Below, piece by piece: positions 49,085 to 62,605 of a stretch of DNA of 64,000 nt. The notes below the pieces were generated by a model that saw only the letters and a list, made by a program, of their open reading frames with translations, did no database searches and was not told the DNA's origin. The DNA comes from Sphyrna mokarran (Eukaryota): contig JAGIQG010000020.1 of assembly GCA_024679065.1 (NCBI GenBank), positions 7,874,001 through 7,938,000 of the forward strand. Reading direction: 5' to 3'. The translations under genes were made by a program, and so were the position numbers. Each line of letters begins with the position of its first letter. Position 1 is the first letter of the stretch.

Positions 49085-52000
49085 TAGAATATTTAGAACA
49101 TAGAACATAGAACACTACAGCACAGAACAGGCCCTTCGGCCTTCGATGTTGCGCCGACCAATATAAAAAGCAATGCCCCTCCAAACTAAACCATTCCCTT
49201 CTCTTCCATATACTTATCAACTAACCTCTTAAACGCCACCAAACTTGGCGCATCTACAACTGCTGCAGGCAGGGCATTCCACTCCCTAACCACCCTTTGG
49301 GTAAAGAACCTACCTCTGATATCCGTCCTATAACTATCACCCCTTAATTTAAAGCTGTGTCCCCTCGTGCTAGCTTTCTCCATCCTAGGAAAAAGGCTAT
49401 CACTGTCCACCCTATCTAAACCTCTAATCATCTTATATGTTTCGATTAGGTCCCCTCTTAGCCGCCTCCTTTCTAACGAAAACAACCTCAAATCCCTCAG
49501 CCTCTCTTCATAAGACCTGCCCTCCATACCAGGCAACATCCTGGTAAACCTCCTCTGTACCCTCTCCAATGCCTCCACATCTTTCTTATAATGTGGGGAC
49601 CAGAACTGCACACAATACTCCAAGTGCGGCCGCACTAGAGTTTTGTACAGTTGCAACATGACGTTGCGGCTCCGAAATTCAATCCCCCTACCAATAAAAG
49701 CTAAGACTCCATATGCCTTCTTAACAACCTTCTCGACTTGACTGCCTACTTTCAGGGATCTATGCACATACACACCAAGATCCCTCTGTTCATCAAGACT
49801 ACTAAGAATCCTACCATTAGCCCTATACTCTACACATTTATTATTTCTGCCATAGTGCATTACCTCACACTTTTCCACATTAAACTCCATTTGCCACCTC
49901 TCGGCCCAGCTCTGCAACTTGTCTAAGTCCCCCTGCAAACTATAACACCCCTCTTCACTATCTACCACTCCACCGACTTTAGAGTCATCTGCAAATTTAC
50001 TAATCCATCCTTCAATACCCTCATCCAGATCATTTATAAAAATTACAAACAGCAGGGGCCCCAAAACAGACCCCTGAGGTACACCACTTGTCACCGAACT
50101 CCAAGATGAATATCTCCCATCAACCACCACCCTCTGTCTTCTATCTGCTAGCCAATTCCTAACCCAATTAGCTAAATCACCCTCTATCCCATACATCTGC
50201 ATTTTCTGCAGAAGTCTTCCATGGGCCACCTTATCAAACGCCTTACTAAAGTCCATATATACCACATCAACCGCCTTACCCCCATCCACCTCTTTGGTCA
50301 CTTTTTCAAAAAACTCAATGAGGTTAGTAAGGCACGACCTACCCTTCACAAAACCATGCTGACTATCCCCAATCAATTCATTTCTCTCTAAATAACTATA
50401 AATCCTATCCCTAATAATTCTCTCCAATACTTTGCCCACAACAGAAGTAAGACTCACTGGCCTATAATTCCCTGGAAGGTCTCTCTTCCCCTTCTTGAAC
50501 AACAGGACCACATTCGCTATCCTCCAGTCCTCCGGAACCACACCCGTAACCAACGAGACCTGAAGATCAGAGCCAGAGGCTCTGCAATCTCCTCTCTTGC
50601 CTCCCAGAGAATCCTAGGGTAAATCCCGTCCGGCCCAGGGGACTTATCCAACTTCAAACCCTCGAGAATATCTAGCACATCCTCCCTATCTACTTCAATA
50701 CTTTCCAGTTTGCTACCCTGTACCTCAGTGTTCTCCATAACTACATTTACATCACCCTGCGTGAATACCGAAGAGAAATATTTATTCAGTACCTCTCCAA
50801 TCTCTTCAGGCTCCACGCACAACTTCCCACTGCTGTCTATGACTGGCCCTAATCTTGTCCTAACCAATCTTCTATTCTTAACATATCTAAAGAAAGCTTT
50901 AGGATTCTCCTTAATCCTATCAGCCAAAGTCTTCTCGTGTCCCCTCTTAGCTCTCCTCAATTCACTCTTTAGCTCCCTCCTGGCTAATCTATAGCTATCC
51001 ATTGCACTAACTGAGCCTTCAAGCCTCATCCTGACATAAGCCTCCTTTTTCCTTTTAACCAGCAAATCAACTTTTTTCGTACACCAAGGTTCTCTTACTC
51101 GACCATTTCCTCCTCGCCTGACAGGGACATACTTATCAAGGACTCGCAGCAGCTGCTCCTTGAATAAGCTCCACATTCCAGATGTTCCCAGTCCCTGTAG
51201 TTTCCTAGTCCAATCTATGCACCCTAATTCTCTCCTGATGGCCTCATAATTACCCTTCCCCCAGCTATAACTACTGCCCCCAGCTTCATGCCTATCCCTG
51301 TCCATCACTAAGGTGAACGTAACCGAATTGTGGTCACTATCACCAAAATGTTCACTAACTTCCAAGCCTAACACCTGGTCTGGCTCATTGCCCAGCACCA
51401 AATCCAATGTAGCCTCACCTCTAGTTGGCCTATCTACATACTGAGTCAAAAAACCTTCCTGCACACTTTGTACGAAAACTGACCCCTCTAACGAGCTAGA
51501 GCTATAGCTATTCCAATCAATATTAGTAAAGTTAAAGTCCCCCATAACAATTACCCTATTACTTTCACTCCTGACCAGAATTGACTTTGCAATCCTTTCC
51601 TCAACCTCTCTAGAACTTTTAGGAGGTCTATAAAAGACTCCCAACAGGGTGACCTCTCCTCTCCTGTTTCTAATCTCAGCCATACTACCTCAACAGACAA
51701 GTCCTCATCAAACTTCTTTTCTGTCACTGTGATACAGTCTTTGACTAATAATGCCACTCCTCCCCCACTTCTACCTCCTTCTCTACTCCGACTAAAGCAT
51801 TTGAACCCCGGAACCTGCAACATCCATTCTTGTCCCTGCTCTACCCAAGTCTCTGAAATGGCCACAACATCGAAGTTCCAGGTACTGGTCCAAGCTGCAA
51901 GTTCCTCCCCCTTATTGCGAATACTCCTTGCATTAAAGTTTACGCATTTCAAACCATGCCCTACCCCACCCGTACGCTGCTGTGTTTTACAGTTTTCCTC

Positions 52001-52790
52001 TATGACCCCCTTACTCTCATCCCTCTTAGCACCCCAACTACTTAGGATCCCACCCCCCCCCGAATCAGTTTAAAGCCCCCTGCATAGCCTTAGCAAATTT
52101 TCCCCCCAAGATATTAGTTCCCCTCTGGTTCAGGTGTAGACCATCTCTCTTGTAGAGGTCCCACCTATCCCAGAATGAGTCCCAATTGTTCAGGAACCTG
52201 AACCCCTCCCTCCTGCACTATCCCCGCAGCCACGAGTTCAAACATTCCCTCTCTCTATTCTTCCCTAAACTATCCCTTGGCACAGGCAAGAGTCCAGAGA
52301 TAACCACTCTGCCAGTTTTTGCCTTAAGCTTCCACCCCAACTCCATAAATTTCTGCTTAATATCCCCCTCCCTCGTCCCTCCTATATCATGTGTCCCCAC
52401 ATGAACTATGACCTGGGGTTGACTCCCCTCTCCCTTAAGAATCTTAAAAACCTGATCTGCGACATCCTGGACCCCAGCCCCTGGGAGGCAACACACCAGC
52501 CCTGATTCACTTTTATTCGTATTTACTCTCCTATCTGTCCCTCTAACTATGGAGTCCCCAATCACTAGGCCCAATCTCCTATTCTCCCTACCCACCTGAG
52601 CATTCTCAGCAGGCTCACCCCCAGAGACCTACTCCCTTTGGTCATCACCAGAGGATTCTTCCTCAACTGTAGCCTCCAAGACAGAAAATTTGTTTTGGAG
52701 GGGAACAGCCCCAGGGGATTGTCTACCCGATTGCTTCTTACCCCTCCTCCGAATAGTTACCCAAGAATCACTTTTAGGAGTTTTTGTGAA
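49085..52790 (-). mobile_element. Long young CR1 LINE: partial ORF1 (SGNH esterase), ORF2 APE endonuclease + RT with two frameshifts
   Basis: ORF1 has GDSIVR, HVGTHD and DGLHLN, with a premature stop at 52218 and its end at about 52065. The endonuclease has NARSI, SETW, GDFN and SDH (50517-51952). RT is 49186-50553. (TTCTATG)n tail. Confidence 0.95.
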
Positions 52791-52854
52791 GCTTAGCTTT
52801 AAACGACTTTGGACATAATTGTTGAAATTATTGAGAAGGAATAGTTGCCAGAAC

Positions 52855-53175
52855 ATTTCCCGGGAAGCATTTTAAACATCCTTGGACTCTGGGAGGAAAC
52901 CAGAACACCTGGAGAAAACGCAGGCAGACATAAGAACAATATACAAACTCCACATAGCCCAGCTGGTCCCGCTGATACTAAGGGGCAATTCAGCATGGCA
53001 AACCAACCTATTCTGCACACCTTTGAACTGTGGGAGGAAATCAGAGCACCCAGACGAAAACCACGCAGATACAGGGAGAATGTGCAATTTCCACGCACTC
53101 AGTTACCCGAGGCTGGAATTGAACCTGGGTCCCTCAGGTAGCAATGTTAACCACTCTGCCATTATGCTGCCCTTT
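52855..53175 (-). mobile_element. V-SINE with internally duplicated V-domain
   Basis: Two successive TGGGAGGAAA..AGCACC units; head at about 53110-53170. Confidence 0.7.
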
Positions 53176-53349
53176 CGTGTGGGTATTTTGTGTATATGAG
53201 GAGGTTTTACTTGCTCCTCCTGGAGGAACTTATCTACGGTTGCATATGAGGTCCTGCATTTTGATGCATGGAAAGAGATCTCATATTTTTGTCTGTGAGA
53301 GAGGTTACATAAGATTGCATAATCTTGTTCAGCCAGCTAACAAAATTCA

Positions 53350-54375
53350 AAATTATAGTCATTTCAGCGTAGAAGGAAGCTATTTGGCTTATTGACTCTA
53401 TGCAGGCTGGTGATAGGAAAATCCAATTAATCTCAGTTTCCTGTTCTGTCCCTTTATCTCTGCAAGTATATTTCCTTCAAATGCCCATCCGATTTCTTTT
53501 CAAAATCACTTGTTCCTGCTGCGGTCACCCTGATTGGTAGTGAGTTATTACCAGTTGCTGTATAAACAGGTTCTTCCTCACTTTCCTCTGCATCAAATCT
53601 TTGTCCAAATCTTTAAATCTGCGTCTCCTCACCGTTGTAGTGACTAATGAACACAGCTTCCCTTTATCTATTTTATCTTCACCCACCCTAACCTTGTGCG
53701 CCTCTATCAAATTTCCTTTCAATCGCCTTTGCTCCAAAGTTAACAACCCTGGATTCTATCCAAACCCCAACCATCTTTGCAGCCTTTCTGGTAAATCTCC
53801 TCTTCATATTTTCATGTACTCCCATTTCATTGCTGAGTTGTAGTGATGATCATAATGGTACTGTAGTTGTGATCTAACCAGGCCTTTTTAAAGGTGCAGC
53901 ATAACTTCCCTGCTTTTGCATTCAATGCCTCCACTTATCAAGCCCCAAATGCCATATGATTCAATAAGCACTCTCTCAGTATGTCATGCCACCTTCAACA
54001 ATTGGTGCACATAAACCCCCTCATTCTTTAGTCTCTAGAACTTTTTAAGTTGAGTTGCCTCTCTCTTTCCTTCCTTCCAAAATGCATCAATCCGTACTTC
54101 TCAGCATTAAATTCCATCAGCTACTTGTCCGCCCATTCTGTTAGCCTATTTATGCCCTGCTGTAGTCGAGTGAAGTCATCCCAAAACTTGTTGCTCCTCC
54201 AAATTTCCTAATTTTGAAATTTTACTCTGTATTCCAATGTCCAAGTCACATACTTAGTCATCAAAAAAGCAGTGCTCCTAGCAGTGACCCTCAGGAACAT
54301 GACAGCCTATCACAACACTTGTGAAAAACAATATTTTATCATGACTTGCTGGAAGCCAATGATTTATCCAATCTG
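53350..54375 (-). mobile_element. Old CR1 fragment
   Basis: TLEQRRLKGNLIE in ORF 53525-53746. Confidence 0.65.
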
Positions 54376-55329
54376 AAGGCAGTAAGAGAATCAAAACATA
54401 TAGTTATGATTTTAAAATGTACGTGCTGATATTTTAAATGTATTTTAAATATATTGTTCATTTTAGTCAAAGCAAATTGCCAAAAGGCTTGATGGTAAAA
54501 ATAAAAAGTTTAGAGCCAAAGGCCTGGGAATCTAATAGTCAGCAAAACTCATATCAGGAGGATTCCAATGAGAGGACATATTTTGCAACATAAAATATGT
54601 GCAGGTTAGGTTGATTGGCTATGCTAAATTGACAATAGATGCATTGATTAGTGGATTAATAGGTAAAATATGTATGGATATAGGAGTAGAGCCTGCGTGG
54701 GATTGTTGTTGGTGCAGACATGACGGGCCGAATGGCCTCTTTCTGTACTGCAGCGTTTCTATGAATTTCTAAAAATGAATAGCCACAGTCACTGCCCAGA
54801 CACGGAATAACAATGTTCCTGGATGCAGGATCACATGTATATTTAGCTTGGCAGTGAGCTGGTGGGATTTTGATGTCCAAGAAACTTCACTGCAATCTTG
54901 TGACTAATTGCTCTAATTGAACCGCTGTCAGTAGTTGTTCAATCATCAAAGATGAGCTGACCTTTGGTTTCAGTATTAAATACCATCCCAATGGAAATCT
55001 CTCTCACTTTAGTCACTTTATGCCAAGAATTAACTGATCACCATAAATATACACGATTTACATTTTGCAGATGATTGCACTGTCTTTGCCAGCTCTGCAC
55101 CACATTGGCAGGCCGCTCTCAATTGTTTCACTCAGCCTGTAGGGCACAGAGTGCCGGAGATTCATTGCACGAAATATGCCCAAAAATGGGTGGGAAAATC
55201 TCCTGTTTTCTCACTGTTGGACAGTTAAGCTTTTTTTTGAGAGAAACCCAGCCTATATATTTCAATCAGATGGCCTTTCAATCTTCTAACCTCTAATGGA
55301 TATATGTATAATATGTCCAACCCACCTGC

Positions 55330-56230
55330 ACATGCTAACCACATCCCCACTCCGCCCCACTTACTTCATCCCAGGAATCACTGGAGTGAACCTTCTCTCA
55401 CTTGGTCCTTTCTTAAATAAGGGGACCAAAAACTATACAATATACACGAAATGTGGCCTCATCACTGTCGCATGCAAATATAACAAAACATTCCTACTTC
55501 TAAATTCTACTCCCCTTGTGCAAAGAATCCATTCCCCTCCTTAACCATTTGCGGTAACTGCATACTTACGTTCTATGGTTCACGTCCAAGATACCCTGAT
55601 CCCCCTGTACTTCAGAATTCTGCAATTTATCTCAATTTAAATAATATTTGCTTTTCAATGCTTCCTGCCAAAGTGGATGAATTCAGTGTTTCCCACATTA
55701 TACTCCATTTGCTAAATGTTTGACCACTCACTTAATCCATCTAGAATCCTTTTTAGACTCGTCATGTCCTCTTCACAAGTTATTCTCCTACATTTCTTCA
55801 CACCATCAGCAAATTTATCAACCATACATTTAGCACTTTCGTCAAAGTCATTAATATAGATTGTAAATATTTGAGGTCTCCCCTCTGATCCCTATGACAC
55901 TCTACTTGTTACATCTTGCCAAGCCAAAAGTGACCCATGTGTGCCAATCGTCAGTTTCCAGTTAGTTAAGTAACTTTCCATTCATACTAATGTTACCTTC
56001 TACACCACGAACTCTTATTTTGTGTAGTAAATTTTGATGTGGCAACTTGCCAAATGCCTCCGGAAGTCTAAGTACACCACATCTAAGGGTTTACCTTTAG
56101 TCCTGTTGCTTATTGCTTCCTCGAAGAGCTCAAAGAAATTAACTAAATGCGATTTGCTTTCATATGTTGACTCTGTCTGATCGCATAACAATTCTCGAAA
56201 TGTTCCCTGCAACTTCCTCAATAATAGCTG
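55330..56230 (-). mobile_element. Old CR1 RT fragment
   Basis: LDVVYLDFRR in ORF 56015-56221. Confidence 0.65.
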
Positions 56231-56319
56231 ATAAAGTGGTGGAGCAAAATGCTACAGTGAAACAAAGGTCCTTTGCAATAGTTTAAAGCAACATCACCTC
56301 TATCTCCAACACCTCTGTA

Positions 56320-57112
56320 CAGTTAGTTAAACTTTGATTTCATATTGAATACTTAATAAGATTGTCTATTTTGGTAGGAAGAATTAAAATAGCAACATAT
56401 AATCTAAATGATGAGAGATTATAGAGCTCGGATGTTCAAAGAGATCCAAATGTTCTACTGCATGAATTGCAAAAAAGAACTGCAAGTAATCAGGAATACA
56501 GGTACAGGAAATTGGAAAATACCATGTTTTCGTTTATAGTGAGAAGAATTGAATATAAAGTTAGGGAAGTTATGCTTCATTTGTACAGGATATCAGCAAG
56601 GCCATATCCCGAGTAGTGTGTGCAGTGTTCGTCTCTTTATTTAAGGGAGGAAGTAAATGCATTGAAAGCAGTTCAGAGAAGGATTACCAGCGTAAATCCA
56701 GGATTAGTGGGGTTTTTTAAAACGGAAGGTTGGAGAGGCAGTTTTATATCTGCTGGAGCTTAAAAGAGTGAAAGGTGACTTGATTGAAACATACAAGATC
56801 TTGAGAGGTCCTAACAAAGTGAATGTTCTTGTTCGAGGATCTAGAGCTGGAGGTCACTGTTTAAAAGTAGGGGCCTCTGAATGAGGATGAAGAGATTTTA
56901 GATCTGAGAGGGTGAGTGTCTTCCTCAAAAGGCAGTGGAAGCAGCGTCTTTCAAGACAGAGGTAGTTTGATTCTTAAGCCACGGGGTGACAGATTATTGG
57001 AGGTAGGTAGGAATGTGAAGTTGATGTTGCAGCCACATTAGCCGTGAACTAATGGAGTGGCGGAAAAGACTCGAAGGCCCGAATGCATTATTGCTCCTAA
57101 TCCTGTATGTTC
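56320..57112 (+). mobile_element. Old CR1 3' fragment
   Basis: Relics IEYK.REVML.LY and GDLIETYKILRG, plus 3' UTR. Confidence 0.65.
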
Positions 57113-58049
57113 ACATGTAACAGCAATCAATTAAGCAAAAACAGAAAATGCTGGAAAAACTCAGCAGGTTGAACATTGGTTTTAAAAATGCTGCTTCATC
57201 TTTTACAGTTAATGATTCGGTCTTATACCGGAAAAGCAAAAAATGAATTGGTACAATTATAGGAAATGAGTCGACATTCTGCAGAGATCGGAAACAGAAG
57301 CTGTCGTTACATTTCTTTACCGGCAGGTGGTGGTGCTGCACAGCGTAACTGATGCCCAGACAACCAAAACGACAAAATCAGGCCTCAGATGCACAAGAAG
57401 GCATTCGACATTTTCAATGTTGGCAGATGGCTTGAAAGACGAAATACATCATTGCATTTATGAACAAGAGGTTATATTTCCTGTTAGGATGGTGTAAGAT
57501 GCACTCCTCTGAGAAAGCACATAGTAAAACTGGTGGTAATAAATGGAATTAGGGGGATTTTCCATCAATGCTTCTGCATATGTTCGCTCGTTGAATTCCA
57601 CATCGGAGATATTACAGGGCAGTCAGTCCTGGAGTAGCAACCCTTAAAACTCGGCAAAATGACAAAAAGTCACCCCGCTAATTTCTTTAAATTTCAACGC
57701 ATTTATTCTCCCAGTGGCATCTTACCGCAAGATTTTCACCATATCCGTGCTCAAAGAAAAGCGACATCAGAATGAAAGAAACGAATTTGGGCAGTTCCTT
57801 CCCGAATGATTGGTATCACTCACATGCACTCACCGCTCTCAATTTCTCTTGAGAAAGTGGTAGAGAATTTGAACTGTGTATGTACGTGGATACAGGTGTC
57901 AGGGAGGGTGCTCCCGCGTTTTAAGCCAGTGACAAGAAAAAGAATGGCCAAATCTTGCAATTGTGAATGGTTTGAGACTTAGTGGAGAAATTGCAGGTTG
58001 CAGTGCTCCCATACGGCTGCTGACTATTAATTTAGATCGTGGGCTTGGA

Positions 58050-58640
58050 GAAGCTATTGAAAGAATTTGGCGATTGGCTGCATCTAAATGACGGTCCATA
58101 TTGCTGTCACTGTGTATCTGTGTGGGAAAATTGAATATTTAAGGCAATGGATCTGGTACTAATCAAGCCAGCTGCTTTGACCTGGGTGCTTTTTAAGTGT
58201 TATTGGAGCTGCGCTCATCCAGGCAAGTGGAAAATATTCCATTTGATTTGACATTTGTAGATTACGGTCAGACTTTGGGGAGTCAGAAAGTGAGTTATTC
58301 GTCACTTAATTCCTTACCTCTGATTGCACTCAAGCCCCACTATTTATACTTCTGGTCCAATTTAGGATCTAGTCATTTGTAACTCACAGGATTTTGTTAC
58401 GGGGGTATTGACTGATGGTAATTCCATTTAAAGCCATTGGATTTTACGACCTCGCTGGACGAGAGTAAAAGAGTGAATTAGAGTGTATGCTGGGGACAGC
58501 TTGCAAGAAGTCACTAGGCTCCAGAGCCATTCTTTTTGCTCCAACCAGAAGGGACTTGTCTCTCTGATTCCCATTAACTTAAGTTTTGCTAGGCCGCCTT
58601 GATGCCATATTTGGTCAAATGTTGCCGTGATTTCATAAAC
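58050..58640 (-). mobile_element. Old L2-like RT fragment
   Basis: ITATFDQIWHQGGLAKL (a degenerate DI.AAFD.VWH motif). Confidence 0.55.
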
Positions 58641-58944
58641 AGTCAATTCATTTCACTATAGGGGAATGGTGGCATGTTGGTAATGTCGAGTGAGCAAGAA
58701 GCCTGGTCCATTGCATTCAATTAATTTAAGCTTAATTAATTTGAGCTTAATTAAGCTCAATTGAATTTAAGCTTAATTAATTATAAATCCGGAATTGCAA
58801 GCCTGACCAAGAAGGCATCATTGATTGATATAAAACCTCATCCGGTTTAATGATGTCCTTTTAAAGAATTCCTTACTTAGTCTGGCCAACTTGTGGCTCC
58901 AGACCCACTTACCCTTAACTATCCTTTGAGATGGCACAAATATA

Positions 58945-59087
58945 AAGAAGTCTCACAACACCAGCTTAAAGTCTAACAGGTTTATTTGTAGCAAACACCA
59001 CAAGCTTTCGGAACACCCACCTTTAAACTGTTGTGTGAGACTTCTTTCTGGTTTTACCCCAGTCCAACGCCGGCATCTCCACATCAT
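58945..59087. mobile_element. Short Penelope-derived inverted element
   Basis: AAGAAGTCTCACA ... TGTGAGACTTCTT and a CCAGTCCAACGCCGGCATCTCCACATCAT end. Confidence 0.75.
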
Positions 59088-59385
59088 AGCACAGATACGC
59101 AATGAGTAGAATTGCTGCCTGTCAGCTCCAGGGTCTGGATTCGATTCCAGCTTTGGCTTTTTGTCTAGCGTCTGCGTGTTTTTCTTCTGGGTGCTCGGTT
59201 TCCTCCCACAGTCCGAAGCTGTGGCTGTTAGGTGAAACTAGCTATTGTATTAGTGTCCCAAAGTTAGGGGAATTAGAAGAATAAATACATCGAGATAGGG
59301 CAGGATGTCAGTAAGAAGTTCTGTCGGACAGTCGATGCAGACTCGATGGGCTGAATGGACTCCTTGTGAACGATAATGATTAGTA
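59088..59385 (+). mobile_element. HE1-like V-SINE, degenerate
   Basis: B box GATTCGATTCC, partial V-domain and tail. Confidence 0.6.
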
Positions 59386-59572
59386 ACCAAGGATCTAGTA
59401 AACCATTCCGTTGCATCGAACTGCTGCAGAAGGGTTGAAAAGCGATAAAACTGATAGGCTACCAGGCATCAATCCCACGCCCGCCAATGGTTGCCATTGG
59501 CATAGTTTTCGCAGGTCTGGTTGGTTCGCCTTTCAGTACTCCGATTGGTCATTCCGCCAGACCGCTCCGATT

Positions 59573-61182
59573 TTAATTTAATTTATTAATTTAAGCAACA
59601 CAGCACGGGAAACAGGCCCTTCGGCCCAACGAGCCCGCGCCGCCGTCATACTATATAGTAGCAAATACATTATCCTATTTTAATATTCCTATATAATAAT
59701 ATATATATTATTCCTAATATGGAAAATTTTCACCATAGGGACAATTTGTTTCCCAATCAGCCTAAGAGCGAATTTTTGGGTTGTGGGAGAAAACCGGAGT
59801 GCCCGGAGAAAACCCACGCAACCACGGGGAAAACGCGCAAACTCCCGCAGACACCGGCCCAATTCCGAGTGTCTGCACAGCCACATCGATAGTCTCTGAG
59901 CTGTCATGGTGCCCTTCAGATGGTCCACATAAAGCACTAATTTACGACATGAGGTACCAGGCAACCCATGAATCAACATCCAAGAGCTGTACCCGCACCA
60001 CCTGCCAAATGCATGCTCAAAGTATGGACCGAATTACCTGTGGAAAAAAGCCGTAGTTAAACAGTCCTAATATATCCCTCTATCTGCATACCGCTCATGT
60101 GGCTGTCCAAGAGACCCTTAAACAGCCCCAGCGTGCCTGCTCCCACCAACTTACTCGGCAGTGCATTCCACACCCCCACTACCCTTTGTGTGAAAAACTG
60201 CCCTCTAATATTCGTCTTATACATAGCCCCCTCACCCTAAGGCCATGACCCCTCGTCCTATCCATTTCTGAAGGTGGAAAAAGTTTACCTCCATTTACTC
60301 TATCTATACCCCTTATAATCTTATACACCTCTATGAGATCCCCTCTAAGCCGACGTCTTTCAAGGGAAAACAACCCCAGTCTATCTAATCGTTCCTCATA
60401 AGACAGTCCTTCCATACCAGGCAGCATCCTGGTAAACCTCCTCTGCACTCTTTCCAAGGACTCCACATCCTTCCGATAGTACGGCGACCAGAACTGGACG
60501 CAGTATTCCAAGTGAGGCCTAACCAAAGTTCTATACAACTGCAACATCAAACTCCTACTCTTGTATTCTATACCCTTTTCTATGAAAGCTAACATACTAT
60601 ACGCCTTCTTTATCACCTTCTCCACCTGTGAGGACACCTTCAGAGACTTGTGAACCTGCACCCCCAAGTCTCTCTGCGTCTCTATGCTCCGTATAGTTTT
60701 ACCTTTTATACTATAACTCTCTTCTGCATTTTTCCGGCCAAAATGCATCACCTCGCATTTATCCGGATTAAATTCCATTTGCCATCTATCTGCCCAGTCT
60801 ACCAACCTGTCTATGTCCTGTTGTATTGCCTGACACTGCTCTTCTGTACCCGCCAATCCAAGCATCTTGGTGTCATCAGCAAATTTGCTGATCTCACCAC
60901 CTACCCCTACTTCCAAGTCGTTTATGTAGACCACAAATAGAAGAGGACCTAGTACTGAGCCTTGTGGCACTCCACTAGTGACAGGCTTCCAGCCGGAAAA
61001 AGAGCCTTCCACTACTACCCTCTGTCTCCTGCTCCCGAGCCAGTTCTTGACCCATCTACATACCCGACCCTGTATCCCATGCGCCTTCACCTTCTCTATC
61101 AGCCTACCATGAGGAACCTTGTCAAACGCCTTACTGAAATCCATGTAGACGACATCAACAGCCTGTCCTTCATCAACTTCAT
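59573..61182 (-). mobile_element. Young 5'-truncated CR1, second copy of the 21909-23699 family, with 15-bp TSD
   Basis: RT protein is nearly identical to copy 1, with one frameshift near the C-terminus. CAGACCGCTCCGATT occurs at 59558-59572 and 61183-61197. Confidence 0.95.
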
Positions 61183-61804
61183 CAGACCGCTCCGATTGGC
61201 TAACTGGGGATTGCATGGACGCGCTTGTGTGAAGGTGCTTTGAGAACATCTTGGATTACGGTTTGGGAAGAATTTCCTTAGTTAAATTTAAAACGCTTTT
61301 CCCCAAAACTCGCGTTAAAAAAAATGTGAAATTGACCGCGAAATGTTTGTGTATTTTCTCTATACTGTCTGAGCTTAATTCAGCTTTGTTCTTCCTGTTC
61401 TACAGTAGTTGTAATCATTGTAATCTATTGATAGGAACATTATTAACATTATTAATATGAAGTAATTAAGGAAGTTGCAAAACCTTAAACATTCCAAAAC
61501 ATCGCGAATAAACACAATGTTGTTGTCATGTTGAAGCACTAACAGTTTTTCAATGAGCTTTTGATGATAAAATAAATGCTGGAAAATGCTGTTGCCTAAT
61601 TTGTCAAAACCTTCTCTGTGTCTACGATGTGAACTCCCCTTCCCAATCTTCCATATTTCAAAGAATTAGTCTTTAATTCATTAAATGTTCAAAGAATGGT
61701 GACCCAACTTACTCAGATTCCCATCGTAGGGCAACACCGTGTCCGAGGAATTAATTAAACTATATTCTTCCTTAATATGCAGGCAAACTATGTGCTTCAA
61801 GTGT

Positions 61805-62086
61805 GTACGGTGGCACAATGGTTAGCACTGCTGCCTGAAAGCACAAAGGAATCGGGTCACTGTTTGTGTGGAATTTGCACTTTCTTCCCGCGTCTGCTTT
61901 TATTTTCGCTTCGTATCCTTCCACATGCTAAAGATGTGCGGCGTAGGTTGACTGGCCAAGCAAAATTGCCTCTTAGTATCAGCGAAGGATAAGTACGTGG
62001 GGTTACTGGCCCTAGGTGGGATTGTTGTCGGTACAGGTTCGATGGGCTAAATGGCCTCGTCCTCACTGAAGGGATTCTATGATTTC
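61805..62086 (+). mobile_element. HE1-like V-SINE
   Basis: GGTGGCACAATGGTTAGCACTGCTGCC head and GGGATTCTATGA tail. Confidence 0.75.
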
Positions 62087-62471
62087 TCCAAAGTCCCCAG
62101 GTCTTATACAACTATAGCAAGATTGTCTCAACCCTGTACTCCAATCCACTTACAAGAAGATTAATCTTTTAATTTGCCTATGTAATTGTTTGTACTTGTT
62201 GTACACTTTGGTCTCACTGAACAGTAATACATATAAATTTCTTTGGCCCTCTATTTACAGAAGTGCATTTAAAATCGATGCTCTATCATGACAAAGAAAA
62301 ACCTTTGGAAATGTTTTGCAGTAGTAGTCAACTTTAACTATGGAAATTGAATCAAGTTTTAACTCTGAGACAGGAAAATTAGCAGCAATAGCAATCTCCC
62401 AAAGAGAGGGAGCTAATAGTCATCGTCACAGGTTTTAGGAACAAATCTGATAGGCTCAGACGAGAAGACTA

Positions 62472-62520
62472 ATTTGCATCCAACACAAGGTAACACCTTC
62501 TTGGTGACATATTATTAAAA
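62472..62520 (+). promoter_or_regulatory. Ig light-chain V promoter (octamer + TATA-like)
   Basis: ATTTGCAT at 62472-62479, in light-chain orientation, about 130 bp before the leader ATG; AT-rich TATTAAAA at about 62513-62520. Confidence 0.85.
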
Positions 62521-62605
62521 GAGAGAGAAAGAGATAGAGATTCAGACAGTTAACCCACCTTGTCAAATAAGTGGCAGAACTCGGTACCTCGGCCAACCTA
62601 TCACA

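Noticed and set aside
55330-57112. Twin-priming inversion of one CR1
   Set aside because: The two oppositely oriented pieces cover overlapping parts of ORF2, so independent insertions are more likely.
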